Assembly: GCA_947623285.1 (NCBI GenBank)
Contig: CANQGP010000001.1
Location: 99,384 to 163,383 of the forward strand
DNA length: 64,000 nucleotides
Reading direction: 5' to 3'
Source: an uncultured Clostridia bacterium
Lineage (GTDB): Bacteria > Bacillota > Clostridia > TANB77 > CAG-508
Positions within the stretch are counted from its first letter, which is position 1. The number at the start of each line of letters is the position of its first letter. The notes below the pieces were generated by a model that saw nothing but the letters and a program-made list of their open reading frames with translations, was not told where the DNA came from and did not search any database. Below, one piece after another: positions 41,688 to 52,439 of the stretch. The translations under genes were made by a program, and so were the position numbers.

Positions 41688-42311
41688 TTATTTAAAACTT
41701 AACTTATTTTCTGTTCCTGATAAAATTCTTTTTAAATTGCTTCTATGATTAAATATTACAATAGCAGCCATTATAATTCCAAATACAAAATATGTACCAG
41801 GTACTATGTAATTTTCATGTATAAATATTGTTAGTACAGGATAAAGCACTGCTGCTGAAATTGATCCTAGTGAAACCATTCTTGTAAGTGCCATAATTGC
41901 AATTGCAAACACAAAACATATTAATCCTATTTGCCAGTTTGTAATTAATAAGACACCAAAAGATGTTGCAACTCCTTTTCCACCTTTAAATTGGAAAAAT
42001 ATTGGGAATGTATGTCCTATAACAACTGCTGCACTAGATAATTGTACCAATAATGCTTTGTCTATATCTCCTCCTATAACATTTCCAACTAAAATAGCAA
42101 TCAACGTTGGAACTACTCCTTTTAAAATATCACAAATTAAAGTTAGTGCTGCTGCTTTTTTCCCTACTGAACGCAACATATTTGTACTTCCTGCATTACC
42201 ACTACCTTTTTCTCTTACGTCAAATCCTGCCATTTTTTTGCTAAAAATTACAGAAAAGTTAATGCTTCCTATTAAATAAGCAATAATTATCATAATTACA
42301 TATACTGCCAT
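41688..42311 (-). CDS. plsY: Glycerol-3-phosphate acyltransferase PlsY
   Basis: 207 aa, polytopic, with GSGNAGSTN and FKGGKGVAT motifs. Confidence 0.9.
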   Translation of the reverse strand: MAVYVIMIIIAYLIGSINFSVIFSKKMAGFDVREKGSGNAGSTNMLRSVGKKAAALTLICDILKGVVPTLIAILVGNVIGGDIDKALLVQLSSAAVVIGHTFPIFFQFKGGKGVATSFGVLLITNWQIGLICFVFAIAIMALTRMVSLGSISAAVLYPVLTIFIHENYIVPGTYFVFGIIMAAIVIFNHRSNLKRILSGTENKLSFK

Positions 42312-42421
42312 ATTTTACACCTCTTTCCTTTTTATTATACATAAAATTCTTACCCCAAAGATTAATTTTTAATTTTTTTTTATGCAACAAGGTTCCTAGG
42401 AACCCACCCACAATAGATGAG

Positions 42422-43747
42422 TTAGACATCCTTTTCATTTTTTTCTCTAACAATTATTCTAATAGGTGTTCCTTCTAATCCAAATTCTTTTCTAATTTGA
42501 TTAACAATATATCTTTGGTATGAAAAATGAAATAATTGTTTATTATTTACAAATATCACAAATGTTGGTGGCTTTGTAGAAGCTTGAGTTCCATAAAAAA
42601 TTCTCAATCTTTTACCTTTATCTGTTGGTGGCTGTACTAAAGCAATAGCTTCATTAATTACTTGATTCAAAACAGAAGTTGCTATTCGCCTTGCATTTTG
42701 CTCAGCTACATTATTTATCATTTCAAAAATTTTATCTACACGTTTTCCGGTTTTTGCAGAAATAAATATAATTGGTGCATATGATAAATATGATAATTTG
42801 GAATAAACTTGTTTTTTATACTTTTCTAATGTTCCTGTTTCTTTCTCATATTCATCCCATTTATTTACTACAATAATTACACCTTTTCCTGCTTCATGTG
42901 CTTCACCTGCTATTTTTGCATCTTGTTCTGTAACTCCCTCTAATGCATCAATAAGCATTAAACATACATCTGCTCTTTCGATTGCAAGTAGAGTCCTCAT
43001 TATACTAAACTTTTCAATTGATTCTTTAACTTTACTTTTTCTTCTAACCCCTGCTGTATCTATAAAAATATATTTACCATGTTCATTTTCAAACTTAGAA
43101 TCAACTGCATCTCTAGTTGTTCCTGCTATATCGCTTACTATTGCTCTATTTTCTCCAAAAATTTTATTAATTAAAGAAGACTTGCCAACATTTGGCTTTC
43201 CTATAACAGCAACTTTTATTTCATCACTTTCATCCTCATTTTCTCCTTCTGGAAAATGATTGAAAATTTCATCTAGCACATCTCCAATACCTATTCCATT
43301 TGTTGAAGATATTGGAAATGGTTCTCCAATACCTAGATTATAAAATTCATAAGCAGAATCTTTATCTACATCAATATTATCTGCTTTATTACACACTAAC
43401 ACAATTGGCTTATTTGACTTTTTTAGCATTAAAGCAATTTCACTATCAACAGCAGTTAAACCTTGTCTTATATCAGTAACAAAAACAATTACATCAGCCA
43501 TTGTAACAGCTAAATCTGCCTGTTCCCTCATTTGCGATAAAATCACATCTTCAGATTCAGGCTCAATTCCGCCGGTGTCAATTATTGTAAAATCTCTTCC
43601 TCTCCAATTAGTTTCAGCATAAACTCTATCTCTTGTAACACCTGGTGTATTTTCAACTATAGATATTCTGCTACCTGCTAAATAATTGAAGAAAGTAGAT
43701 TTTCCTACATTTGGTTTTCCAATTATTGCTACTATAGGTTTTGCCAT
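42422..43747 (-). CDS. der: Ribosome-associated GTPase Der (EngA)
   Basis: 441 aa with two tandem G domains (GKPNVGKST twice) and a KH-like C-terminus. Confidence 0.9.
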   Translation of the reverse strand: MAKPIVAIIGKPNVGKSTFFNYLAGSRISIVENTPGVTRDRVYAETNWRGRDFTIIDTGGIEPESEDVILSQMREQADLAVTMADVIVFVTDIRQGLTAVDSEIALMLKKSNKPIVLVCNKADNIDVDKDSAYEFYNLGIGEPFPISSTNGIGIGDVLDEIFNHFPEGENEDESDEIKVAVIGKPNVGKSSLINKIFGENRAIVSDIAGTTRDAVDSKFENEHGKYIFIDTAGVRRKSKVKESIEKFSIMRTLLAIERADVCLMLIDALEGVTEQDAKIAGEAHEAGKGVIIVVNKWDEYEKETGTLEKYKKQVYSKLSYLSYAPIIFISAKTGKRVDKIFEMINNVAEQNARRIATSVLNQVINEAIALVQPPTDKGKRLRIFYGTQASTKPPTFVIFVNNKQLFHFSYQRYIVNQIRKEFGLEGTPIRIIVREKNEKDV

Positions 43748-43772
43748 TGTTATTTCCCTTTCTTCTTTTATT

Positions 43773-43856
43773 AATATCTTTTTTATTATCTAAAAGGTTA
43801 AATCTTCCTTTACCAATATCTTTTTTACTATCTAAAAAGTTAAATCTTCTTTCCTT
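43773..43856. repeat. Tandem 42-nt direct repeat (2 copies) in the pyk-der intergenic region
   Basis: AATATCTTTTTTATTATCTAAAAGGTTAAATCTTCCTTTACC is followed by AATATCTTTTTTACTATCTAAAAAGTTAAATCTTCTTTCCTT. Confidence 0.7.
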
Positions 43857-43890
43857 AACTCTCGCTACTTTAATATGTGAGAGACATAAA

Positions 43891-45336
43891 TTAAATACGT
43901 AAAAATCCTCCAACGACTTTATTTTCCTCACCAGTTGGTAAAATTTTAGAACCTCCAGCTAAAACAACTAAATCTCCTTGTTCTAAGATTTTGTCCTTTT
44001 TAAGAATTTTGATTCCTTCTTGAATCTTTTGCTCAATAGTCATACCTTCACCTTTTACTAATACTGGTATTACATTACATGTAAGTGATAATTGATAATA
44101 TGTTGACTCTTCATCAGCTATTGCAAAAACAGGACAACCTACACCTAATCCTGATATTTTACGTATCGAATCACCTTTATGAGTGTAAGCAACAATAGCA
44201 TTAGCTCTTAAGTGGTTAGCTGTAATACCTGCTATATATGCAATATTACCTTCTAAGTCTTTTGGATTTATATTAAAATGTCTTCTATTAAATCTTTTCC
44301 AATAATTTATTGATTTTTCTGTAGCTATTGCAATTCTATTCATTACTCTTATACATTCTACAGGATTTTTACCTAAAGCACATTCTCCAGATAACATTAT
44401 TGCACCTGTTCTATCATATACTGCATTAGCAACATCGCTAACTTCTGCTCTTGTAGGTCTTGGATTAGTAATCATTGATTCTAACATCTGTGTTGCAGTA
44501 ATTGATGGTTTACCATTGTTATTACATCCTTTTATAAATTTCTTTTGAACAAAAGGAACTTCTTCCATCAATATTTCTACACCCATATCACCACGAGCAA
44601 CCATTATACCGTCAGATACCTCTAATATTTCTTCAAAATTATCAATACCTTGTTGATTCTCAATTTTGGCAATTACTTTTACCTTTTCTCCATTGATTTT
44701 TTTCAATAAATTTTTGATTTCAATAACATCTGATGCTTTTCTTACAAATGATGCAGCTATAAAATCCATTCCTGCTGCAACACCTTTTGTTATATCTTCT
44801 ACATCTTTGTCCGTTAAAGCAGGTAAATCCAAATTCATGCCTGGAACATTCATTGTTTTTCTGCTTCCTAACTCACCTGTATTTAAAGCTTTACAAACAA
44901 TATCTTTTCCTTCAATTGCCATTATTTGAAACTCTAAAGCTCCATCATCAACTAATAACTTTGAACCTACTTGTACGTCTTTATATAGTTCTTTATATGT
45001 TATACTAGTTCTTTGGCTATTTCCTATTATTTTTTCATTTACAAAAGTAAATTTCTGTCCTTGATTAATTCTAACTTTTCCATCTCCTGTTTCTAATACA
45101 CCTGTTCTAATTTCTGGTCCTTTTGTATCTAAAAGAAGTGCTACTGGTTTATTTAGTTTAGTTCTAACCTTTTTTATCATTTCGATTTTTTCTTTATTTT
45201 CTTTATATCCTCCATGTGAAAAGTTAATTCTTGCCACATTTAATCCTGCTTCTACTAATTTTGTAAATGTTTCTTCATCATCAGTTGCAGGCCCTATTGT
45301 TCCTACTATTTTTGTTTTTCTTATATTTCCTATCAT
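43891..45336 (-). CDS. pyk: Pyruvate kinase
   Basis: IRKTKIVGTIGPA..., MVARGDMGVE and related motifs. The ATG at 45336 has GGGGG 8 nt upstream. The ORF-track ATG at 45351 lacks an RBS. Confidence 0.9.
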   Translation of the reverse strand: MIGNIRKTKIVGTIGPATDDEETFTKLVEAGLNVARINFSHGGYKENKEKIEMIKKVRTKLNKPVALLLDTKGPEIRTGVLETGDGKVRINQGQKFTFVNEKIIGNSQRTSITYKELYKDVQVGSKLLVDDGALEFQIMAIEGKDIVCKALNTGELGSRKTMNVPGMNLDLPALTDKDVEDITKGVAAGMDFIAASFVRKASDVIEIKNLLKKINGEKVKVIAKIENQQGIDNFEEILEVSDGIMVARGDMGVEILMEEVPFVQKKFIKGCNNNGKPSITATQMLESMITNPRPTRAEVSDVANAVYDRTGAIMLSGECALGKNPVECIRVMNRIAIATEKSINYWKRFNRRHFNINPKDLEGNIAYIAGITANHLRANAIVAYTHKGDSIRKISGLGVGCPVFAIADEESTYYQLSLTCNVIPVLVKGEGMTIEQKIQEGIKILKKDKILEQGDLVVLAGGSKILPTGEENKVVGGFLRI

Positions 45337-45453
45337 TTCTTTAACCCCCATATTTATATTTTATTTTACAAATTTAATAACATTATCTTACAATTGCACC
45401 CACCTATATAATCGTGTGGTGTCCCAGAATCTTTTGTTTTTGACAATAGAATT

Positions 45454-46758
45454 TTAATATCCTGGTTTTTCTAATAATTTAAACATATTCTTTTTATATT
45501 CTTCAACTCCTGGTTGATTAAATGGATTAATCCCCAATATCAAACCAGACATTGCACATGATTTTTCAAAGAAATATAGTAATTCCCCAATATTTTCTTC
45601 ATCTAATTTATCTATTGTTATACTAATATTAGGAACATCTCCTGAAACATGTGCTTTAACTGTTCCTTCCATAGCTTTTTTATTTACATAGTCTAAACCT
45701 TTTCCTGCTAAATAATTTAAGCCATCTAAATCATCTTCATCTTGATTAATTACAATATCTGATTTTGGTGTTTTTACATTTACAACAGTTTCAAACAAAT
45801 TTCTTCTTCCATCTTGAATATATTGTCCCATCGAATGTAAATCAGTTGTATTATCAACACCTAAAGGTAAAATTCCTTTTTTATCTTTTCCTTCACTTTC
45901 ACCATATAGTTGTTTCCACCACTCAGTCAAAGTATGCATTTTAGGTTCGTAGTTAACTAATATCTCTTCATTTTTATTTTCATCATATAAAATATTTCTT
46001 GCTACCGCATATTGATAACAATCATTATATTTTACAGAAGGGTCATTATAATCTTCTTGTGCTTTTTGTGCACCTAACATTAATTTATCAATATCAATTC
46101 CTGCTGTTGCTATTGGTAGTAATCCAACTGCAGTTAATACAGAATATCTACCACCAACATTATCAGGAATAACAAACATCTCATAACCTTCATTTTTAGC
46201 AAGTTGGTTTAAAGCACCTCTTTCTTTATCTGTTGTAGCATAAATTCTACTTCTTGCTTCATCAATTCCATATTTATTTTCTAATATTTCTCTGAAAACT
46301 CTAAATGCAATTGCAGGTTCAGTTGTAGTTCCTGATTTTGAAATTACATTAACTGAGAAATCTCTATCACCTATATATTCTATTAATTCATTTAAATAAT
46401 TTGAACTTAAATTATTTCCTGCAAATAATATTTGTGGATATTTTCTTTGTTCATCACTTTTCATGTTATTAAAAGAACTTGTTAAGGCTTCAATTACAGC
46501 TCTTGCACCTAAATAAGATCCACCTATTCCTATTACAATCAAAACATCAGATTCTTTTTTTATCTTTTTAGCTGCTTTTTTAATTCTTTCAAATTCTTTC
46601 TTGTCATAATTTGTTGGCAATTCTAACCAACCTACAAAATCTTTTATATCTTTTGACCTTTTCTTTAGTTCTTTATGAATAAGTTCTACTCTAGCTTTGT
46701 ACCCAAATATATCCTTTTGACTTACTCCACTATTTTCTAAATTTAAACTTACTGCCAT
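45454..46758 (-). CDS. pgi: Glucose-6-phosphate isomerase
   Basis: [31 protein letters not shown] and ESEGKD motifs. The start at MAVSLNL (46758) has AGAAGGG upstream and fits the length of Firmicute Pgi. Confidence 0.9.
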   Translation of the reverse strand: MAVSLNLENSGVSQKDIFGYKARVELIHKELKKRSKDIKDFVGWLELPTNYDKKEFERIKKAAKKIKKESDVLIVIGIGGSYLGARAVIEALTSSFNNMKSDEQRKYPQILFAGNNLSSNYLNELIEYIGDRDFSVNVISKSGTTTEPAIAFRVFREILENKYGIDEARSRIYATTDKERGALNQLAKNEGYEMFVIPDNVGGRYSVLTAVGLLPIATAGIDIDKLMLGAQKAQEDYNDPSVKYNDCYQYAVARNILYDENKNEEILVNYEPKMHTLTEWWKQLYGESEGKDKKGILPLGVDNTTDLHSMGQYIQDGRRNLFETVVNVKTPKSDIVINQDEDDLDGLNYLAGKGLDYVNKKAMEGTVKAHVSGDVPNISITIDKLDEENIGELLYFFEKSCAMSGLILGINPFNQPGVEEYKKNMFKLLEKPGY

Positions 46759-46860
46759 ACACAACCCTTCTTTCTTATTCTTAATTAATGAATCCATAAA
46801 TTCACACACGTATTATATAAAAAAAAATACTATTATTCAAGGTTTTTACAAAAAAACTCT

Positions 46861-46888
46861 TTGATTTTACATTATTTTATGATATACT
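46861..46888 (+). promoter_or_regulatory. Candidate promoter for 46931..47209
   Basis: TTGATT, a 16-nt spacer, then TATACT. Confidence 0.4.
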
Positions 46889-46930
46889 ACAATAAATTGT
46901 CAAAAGATAAAACTTAGGAGGAATAATAAA

Positions 46931-47209
46931 ATGAATTTTAAAAAATGCAGTAGATGCGGTAATTTTTATTTATCAAAAGGCGATGTTTGCCCAAAATGTA
47001 GCTCAAAAGATTCTTTTGAATTAACAACTTTTAAAACATATATTGAACAAAATGGCACTGAAAACTCTATTGAAATAATCTCTCAAGAACTTGGAATTCA
47101 AGTAAAACATTTAAATAGATTTTTAGGCTATGAAGAATTTAAAAATTACGTAAATGATTTCGAACTTAGTAAACCTCAAAGTAAAAATAATAAAAAGGTA
47201 GAACTTTAG
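46931..47209 (+). CDS. Small zinc-ribbon protein (YvyF-like pattern)
   Basis: 92 aa with CSRCGNFY...CPKC at the N-terminus followed by a helical region. AGGAGG RBS. Confidence 0.5.
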   Translation: MNFKKCSRCGNFYLSKGDVCPKCSSKDSFELTTFKTYIEQNGTENSIEIISQELGIQVKHLNRFLGYEEFKNYVNDFELSKPQSKNNKKVEL

Positions 47210-47237
47210 ATACATCTTATAAAAAGTGAGATTAATA

Positions 47238-48110
47238 ATGAAATATACAAGACAAAAATCTAAAAAAATCCCATCACAAAAATATAAAAATTATTCATAT
47301 AAAAAAAGAAAACGACGCGCACAATTGCGTTTACTTTCTTTGTTGATTTTGATGGCATGTATTATACTCATTATTTCAACTATATTCATTAATGTAAAAA
47401 AATCAGTTTCAACAAATGCTGATTTAAATAATAATATAGACAATACCACTGTAGACTACACTTTTAATGAAACACAAAATGAAAATGATAACAATAATAT
47501 CATCCAAGTTTTTTTAGGAAATGAAGACAGTGAGGCTTCTGAGCAATCTACTGCTTCACCTATACCTTCTCCACCTCAAATAATTGGAGATATAACTAAA
47601 GACACTTTTTATGTAAAAGTTAATACTATAGCAAATGTAGTAAATGTATATATTAAAGATGAAGCTGGTAATTATACTACTCCATATAAAGTAATGGTCT
47701 GTTCAACAGGTCGTTCAACTCCAAAAACTGGAAAATATGAACTTTCTGATAAATTAAGGTGGCATGCTTTATTTGGAAATGTATATGGACAATACTGTTC
47801 TAGAATAACAGGTAACATTTTATTTCATTCTGTTCCATACACTAAACAAAGTCCTGATTCTTTAGAATATGAAGAATATGACAAATTAGGCACTTCAGCT
47901 TCTTCTGGTTGTGTAAGGTTAACTGTAGAAGATACAAAATGGATTTATGACAATTGTCCAAAAGGAACATATATTGAGTTTTATGGTGATGAAAATCCAG
48001 GGCCTCTTGGAAAACCAACTATTAGCCCAATTTCTTCTAATAAAGAATATAGAAATTGGGACCCAACAGACATATGGTCAGAGGGAAATCCGTGGAATGC
48101 GAGCCAATAA
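47238..48110 (+). CDS. L,D-transpeptidase (YkuD domain), membrane-anchored
   Basis: Basic N-terminus plus a TM helix. The catalytic region reads ILFHSVPY...SSGCVRL (His / Ser-x-Gly-Cys-x-Arg). Confidence 0.8.
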   Translation: MKYTRQKSKKIPSQKYKNYSYKKRKRRAQLRLLSLLILMACIILIISTIFINVKKSVSTNADLNNNIDNTTVDYTFNETQNENDNNNIIQVFLGNEDSEASEQSTASPIPSPPQIIGDITKDTFYVKVNTIANVVNVYIKDEAGNYTTPYKVMVCSTGRSTPKTGKYELSDKLRWHALFGNVYGQYCSRITGNILFHSVPYTKQSPDSLEYEEYDKLGTSASSGCVRLTVEDTKWIYDNCPKGTYIEFYGDENPGPLGKPTISPISSNKEYRNWDPTDIWSEGNPWNASQ

Positions 48111-48129
48111 AATCTGCCCACTTATTTAT

Positions 48130-48194
48130 AAGAAAAGTGGCTTTGCCACATGTGCAGGTTGCTCTGCAACCGCACAAATATATGAAACTTAACC
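48130..48194 (-). repeat. ~65-nt structured intergenic element, copy 2
   Basis: The minus strand reads AAGTTTCATATATTTGTGCGGTTGCAGAGCAACCTGCACATGTGGCAAAGCCAC-TTTT, matching 30704..30770. Confidence 0.6.
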
Positions 48195-48324
48195 TTGTTG
48201 TATACGTAAAAATCTGACGATTTTTCCTATACAATAAAAAATAGAAGCTTAAGCAAAAATCTTAAACTTCTATTTTTTGTTCTTATCTTCTATTTAACCA
48301 ACTTACAATCTAATTACATAAATT

Positions 48325-51186
48325 CTATTCTACATTATTTTCAGTAGTAGTTTCTTCTGTAGGTTCTGTTGTTTCCGTTGCTTTAATTTCTTCTTTTTTC
48401 TTATCTTCCTCTTCTTTAACTTTTTCTAGGTTGTCTATCAACTCTTGTAATCTCTTAACATCTTTTCCCATCATTTCCCAATCATTATTTCCATTTGATT
48501 GAGTTAAATCTTTATTTGCTTTTATAATTGCATCCATTAATCCATTAATATCTTGTGTGTCTTCAACATCAATATCAACAGCATATTGAGAAAGCAAGTT
48601 TTGAAGTGCAGTACTTAAATTATCTCCAATAGCAACTTTGTTACCTGAAGCAACTATAACTTTTTTAAGTACAGGAACTTCTGATTCATTTAGCATAGTT
48701 TGATATATTGGTTCAACATAAAGTAGTGTATTATTAATCGGAACAATCAATATCTGTTTTGTAATTTTCGTTCCATTTGTTTTTACTGTTTCTAATTCTG
48801 AAGATATGGCTTCATCTTCTGCAATCTGTTTATCAAGTTGTATTGGACCTACAATACTACTATCTTCTGAAAATCTATATAATTTTAATTTATTTGTCAT
48901 TCCATCTGTTTTACCTACTAAGTATGAAATTAAACTTTGTTTTTCAGCAGGTGTATAAATTTGTACAAGTCCTAATTCTTCTTGTTCATTATTAGTTTTT
49001 ACCATAGTATAATATGGAGCCATAGTTGTACCTTTTGATTTTTCAGATGCTGTTGTGTTTGTCTTTGCTATTTCCCACAAATCATCACCTCTATATAATA
49101 CATCTGGTTTTACATTATGATAAACACTAAGCATATTTGATTGAATATTATATAAATATTCTGGATAAACAATATGACTTGCAATATCTTGCGGAATTTG
49201 TTCATCTTTATTTTTAAATAAATCTTTATATGTTTTCCAGTATGCCATAATTATTGGGTCTGTTCTATCAGTTATGTAATAACTCATTGTTCCATCATAT
49301 GCATCTATTATTACTTTTACTGAATTACGTATATAGTTTACTTTTTCCTTCATATTATTATGTTCAATACTTGTATATTGTGAATAAGGATAATTGTTTG
49401 ATACAGTGTAAGCATCTAATACCCATACAATTCTACCGTCACTTGTAACAACTGTATATGGATTTTCATCGTAAATCAAATTTGGTAATGCTTTTTTAGC
49501 TCTTTGAATTACATTTCTATTAATTAAAATTTTGCTTTCATCTGTCATTTCTCCTGAAAAAGCTAAATTTAAATCACCTTTTGTTATTCCTAAAATTAAT
49601 CTATCAATAAAGTTTAATTTTAATCCTGCATTTCCTTCATAAGTAGAAGTAAAATCATTTCCAGATTCATCTGTATAGTCATATTCTTTTTTATTCTTTG
49701 TATTTGTTGCAACTGAAGAATTTGTTTCTAAACCAAAATACATTCTAGGTTGTTCAACTTTTATTACTTCATCATCACCAGACACGTCTTTTTGTATATA
49801 ATTTATAGTTCCATTTTCTGTAGCTGATGTAGCTGAAGCAAGAATTAATCCCATTCCATGAGTATTTTCATAAGTTTTATTATTATAAGTTCTTCCTGAA
49901 CTTACCATTTCTCTTGGAGCTACATATACTAACTGTTTTTTATCATTTATTGTATATGGTTCAATTGTAGCATTCTCATAAGAATAATAACCTCTTCCTG
50001 TTTGAGAGTCTTCTAAAGTTTTTAATAAAGTATCTTTATTTACAATAGAAATATTATTTATTGTATTTTGATTTTGAGCAATTTCTTGTTCTGTTATTGT
50101 TCCAGAATCTTCAATGTTTTCTTCTTCAATATTTATATTATATGCATTTTTTGTACTTTCAATATTATATTGTAAATATTGTTTTTCTTTATCTAATTCA
50201 TTAGTTTTTACAAATATTAAATCATATCCTACCATGACGATAAATAGTACTACCAAGTATGCTGGTATTACAATTAATTTTTTTATCGTATCTTTTAAAG
50301 TTCCATTTGAAAAAGCTTTAACTGCTTTAATTATAGATATAGCAATAACAAAAGCAAATATTAAATATCCCCATAGCTTAATTGTTGCCTCTGTTACTCC
50401 TGCACCTGTTATTCCAATGTCACCTTCTATTTTAGTAATTTCACCAAATAAGATATTTTGTACTCCAATAATAGTAAGTGCTGCAATGGCTATTGCTATT
50501 AATATAATATTGCGCTTAACCTTTTTTAACAAATTACTTTGTTTTAACATTTTTCCATCAATTCCATCAAAAAATTGATTGAATACAATTATGTAATATA
50601 TTGCCATATATGCTGAAAGTCCTACTAAAAATGCTATAACATAAATTATAAACATTTCAATAACTGGTTTTTGCAACATATAATAAGAAATATCTATGTT
50701 AAATATTTGGTCTTTAACCCCAAATTCAGAATTACTTAAAAACAAAACAATTTTATCTGTAAATACAATTCCAACTATAACACTAACAATCGCTGCAATT
50801 ACTAATGATAATGATTTGTTAGGTAATTTTGGCATCTTCTTATTTTCCTTATCAAAGAATACCTTTAAACCTTTTTTTATACCTCTATTTGACAAATATA
50901 AAATAAAATAAAGTATAATAAAGTTTACTCCCATGATAACTGCTTTATAAGTTAAATTTGTATAAAAAACAGAAACAAAATTTTCTCCCAATTCTTTATA
51001 TTCCAAATAACTTCCTCTTAGTGAAATATACATCATCACTGCAAAAACAGCTATGAATAATAACACTAATATCATTCTTAACTTACCATGTTTTTTAGGT
51101 GTTTTTTCTTGAACGTCATTATTTTCAGTAACTTCTTCTTTAGTTTTTTCTTGTGATTTTAACTCTTCATTTTTGTTTTCTTCCAC
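48325..51186 (-). CDS. UPF0182 family large membrane protein
   Basis: 953 aa with an N-terminal ~7-TM region, a large extracytoplasmic domain, and PRMYFG and LYVEPIYQ blocks characteristic of UPF0182. Confidence 0.7.
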   Translation of the reverse strand: MEENKNEELKSQEKTKEEVTENNDVQEKTPKKHGKLRMILVLLFIAVFAVMMYISLRGSYLEYKELGENFVSVFYTNLTYKAVIMGVNFIILYFILYLSNRGIKKGLKVFFDKENKKMPKLPNKSLSLVIAAIVSVIVGIVFTDKIVLFLSNSEFGVKDQIFNIDISYYMLQKPVIEMFIIYVIAFLVGLSAYMAIYYIIVFNQFFDGIDGKMLKQSNLLKKVKRNIILIAIAIAALTIIGVQNILFGEITKIEGDIGITGAGVTEATIKLWGYLIFAFVIAISIIKAVKAFSNGTLKDTIKKLIVIPAYLVVLFIVMVGYDLIFVKTNELDKEKQYLQYNIESTKNAYNINIEEENIEDSGTITEQEIAQNQNTINNISIVNKDTLLKTLEDSQTGRGYYSYENATIEPYTINDKKQLVYVAPREMVSSGRTYNNKTYENTHGMGLILASATSATENGTINYIQKDVSGDDEVIKVEQPRMYFGLETNSSVATNTKNKKEYDYTDESGNDFTSTYEGNAGLKLNFIDRLILGITKGDLNLAFSGEMTDESKILINRNVIQRAKKALPNLIYDENPYTVVTSDGRIVWVLDAYTVSNNYPYSQYTSIEHNNMKEKVNYIRNSVKVIIDAYDGTMSYYITDRTDPIIMAYWKTYKDLFKNKDEQIPQDIASHIVYPEYLYNIQSNMLSVYHNVKPDVLYRGDDLWEIAKTNTTASEKSKGTTMAPYYTMVKTNNEQEELGLVQIYTPAEKQSLISYLVGKTDGMTNKLKLYRFSEDSSIVGPIQLDKQIAEDEAISSELETVKTNGTKITKQILIVPINNTLLYVEPIYQTMLNESEVPVLKKVIVASGNKVAIGDNLSTALQNLLSQYAVDIDVEDTQDINGLMDAIIKANKDLTQSNGNNDWEMMGKDVKRLQELIDNLEKVKEEEDKKKEEIKATETTEPTEETTTENNVE

Positions 51187-51282
51187 TTTTCTACACTCCT
51201 CCTTCTCATATTAAGGCTTTCATCTACATCCTATTTATTAATATTTATGGCATATGTAAAGCCATTTTCTTATCAATATATT

Positions 51283-52188
51283 TTAAATTATTGCCTTTAC
51301 AAAATCGTCTGCATTAAATATTTCCATGTCATCAATTTGTTCTCCAACTCCTATAAATTTAACAGGAATATTATTTTCTTCTACAATACCAATTACAACT
51401 CCACCTTTTGCAGTACCATCCAATTTAGTTAAAACTAAACCAGTTATATCAGCCTCCTCTTTAAAAGCTTTAACTTGTGAAATTGCATTTTGACCTGTTG
51501 CTCCATCTATAACTAATAACACTTCTTCACTTGATTCTGGCATTTCTTTATTTATAACCTTATTGATTTTTTTCAATTCATCCATTAAATATTTTTTATT
51601 ATGCAATCTACCTGCTGTATCTACAATTAATACATCTGCTCCAATTTCATTCGTCCTTTTCATCGCCTCATAAACTACAGATGCAGGATCCACTCCTTCT
51701 TCTCTTTTTACAATTTCAGCACCTGCTCTATTAGCCCAAATTTCCAATTGTTCAACAGCAGCAGCTCTAAAAGTATCAGCTGCAGCAACAACAACCTTCT
51801 TGCCATCTTTGGCAAGTCTATTAGCAATTTTTCCAATAGAAGTTGTTTTTCCAACTCCATTAACACCTATCACTAATATAACAGAAGGTTTTGTATTTAA
51901 ATTCAAACTAACATCAGCCACATCTAAAATCTTTTTCATCTCATCTCTTAAGGCTTGCTTCACTTCTTCTTCATCTTTTATATTTTCTTTTTTTAGTCTT
52001 ATTCTCAAATTATTTATAATCTTAACTGAAGTATCTAAACCTATATCTGACATAATTAAGATTTCTTCTAGCTCGTCTAAAAACTCTTCATCAACTTTTC
52101 TAAAACTACTAAAAACATTATTAATCTTTTGATCAAAAGACTCCTTAGTTTTATTCATTCCATTTTTTAGTTTTTCAAAAAATCCCAT
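51283..52188 (-). CDS. ftsY: Signal recognition particle receptor FtsY
   Basis: 301 aa with an NG domain: GVNGVGKTT, DTAGR, TKLDGTAKGG. Confidence 0.9.
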   Translation of the reverse strand: MGFFEKLKNGMNKTKESFDQKINNVFSSFRKVDEEFLDELEEILIMSDIGLDTSVKIINNLRIRLKKENIKDEEEVKQALRDEMKKILDVADVSLNLNTKPSVILVIGVNGVGKTTSIGKIANRLAKDGKKVVVAAADTFRAAAVEQLEIWANRAGAEIVKREEGVDPASVVYEAMKRTNEIGADVLIVDTAGRLHNKKYLMDELKKINKVINKEMPESSEEVLLVIDGATGQNAISQVKAFKEEADITGLVLTKLDGTAKGGVVIGIVEENNIPVKFIGVGEQIDDMEIFNADDFVKAII

Positions 52189-52439
52189 TTATATCTTATA
52201 TGATAATAATTTATCATATGCTCCTTCCCAATTTTTTATTTTTTTGCAAAAAAGCAAAAATATTAAACCTTATACTATAGTATACCATAATTTGAAAATT
52301 TTTCAACTTTTCGTATCATATTTTTGCTGTTTCGTAAAAAAAATTAACACAAACTAAAAAAATCTGTTAAAGTAATATTGTAGAAAAAAAATGAACTATG
52401 TCATTTTTTGTATAAACTTATCATACGGAGGTAATTAAA

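Noticed and set aside
43671-43931. 86-aa ORF spanning the pyk-der intergenic region
   Set aside because: It is created by the 42-nt tandem repeat, overlaps the der start and the pyk end, and has no RBS.
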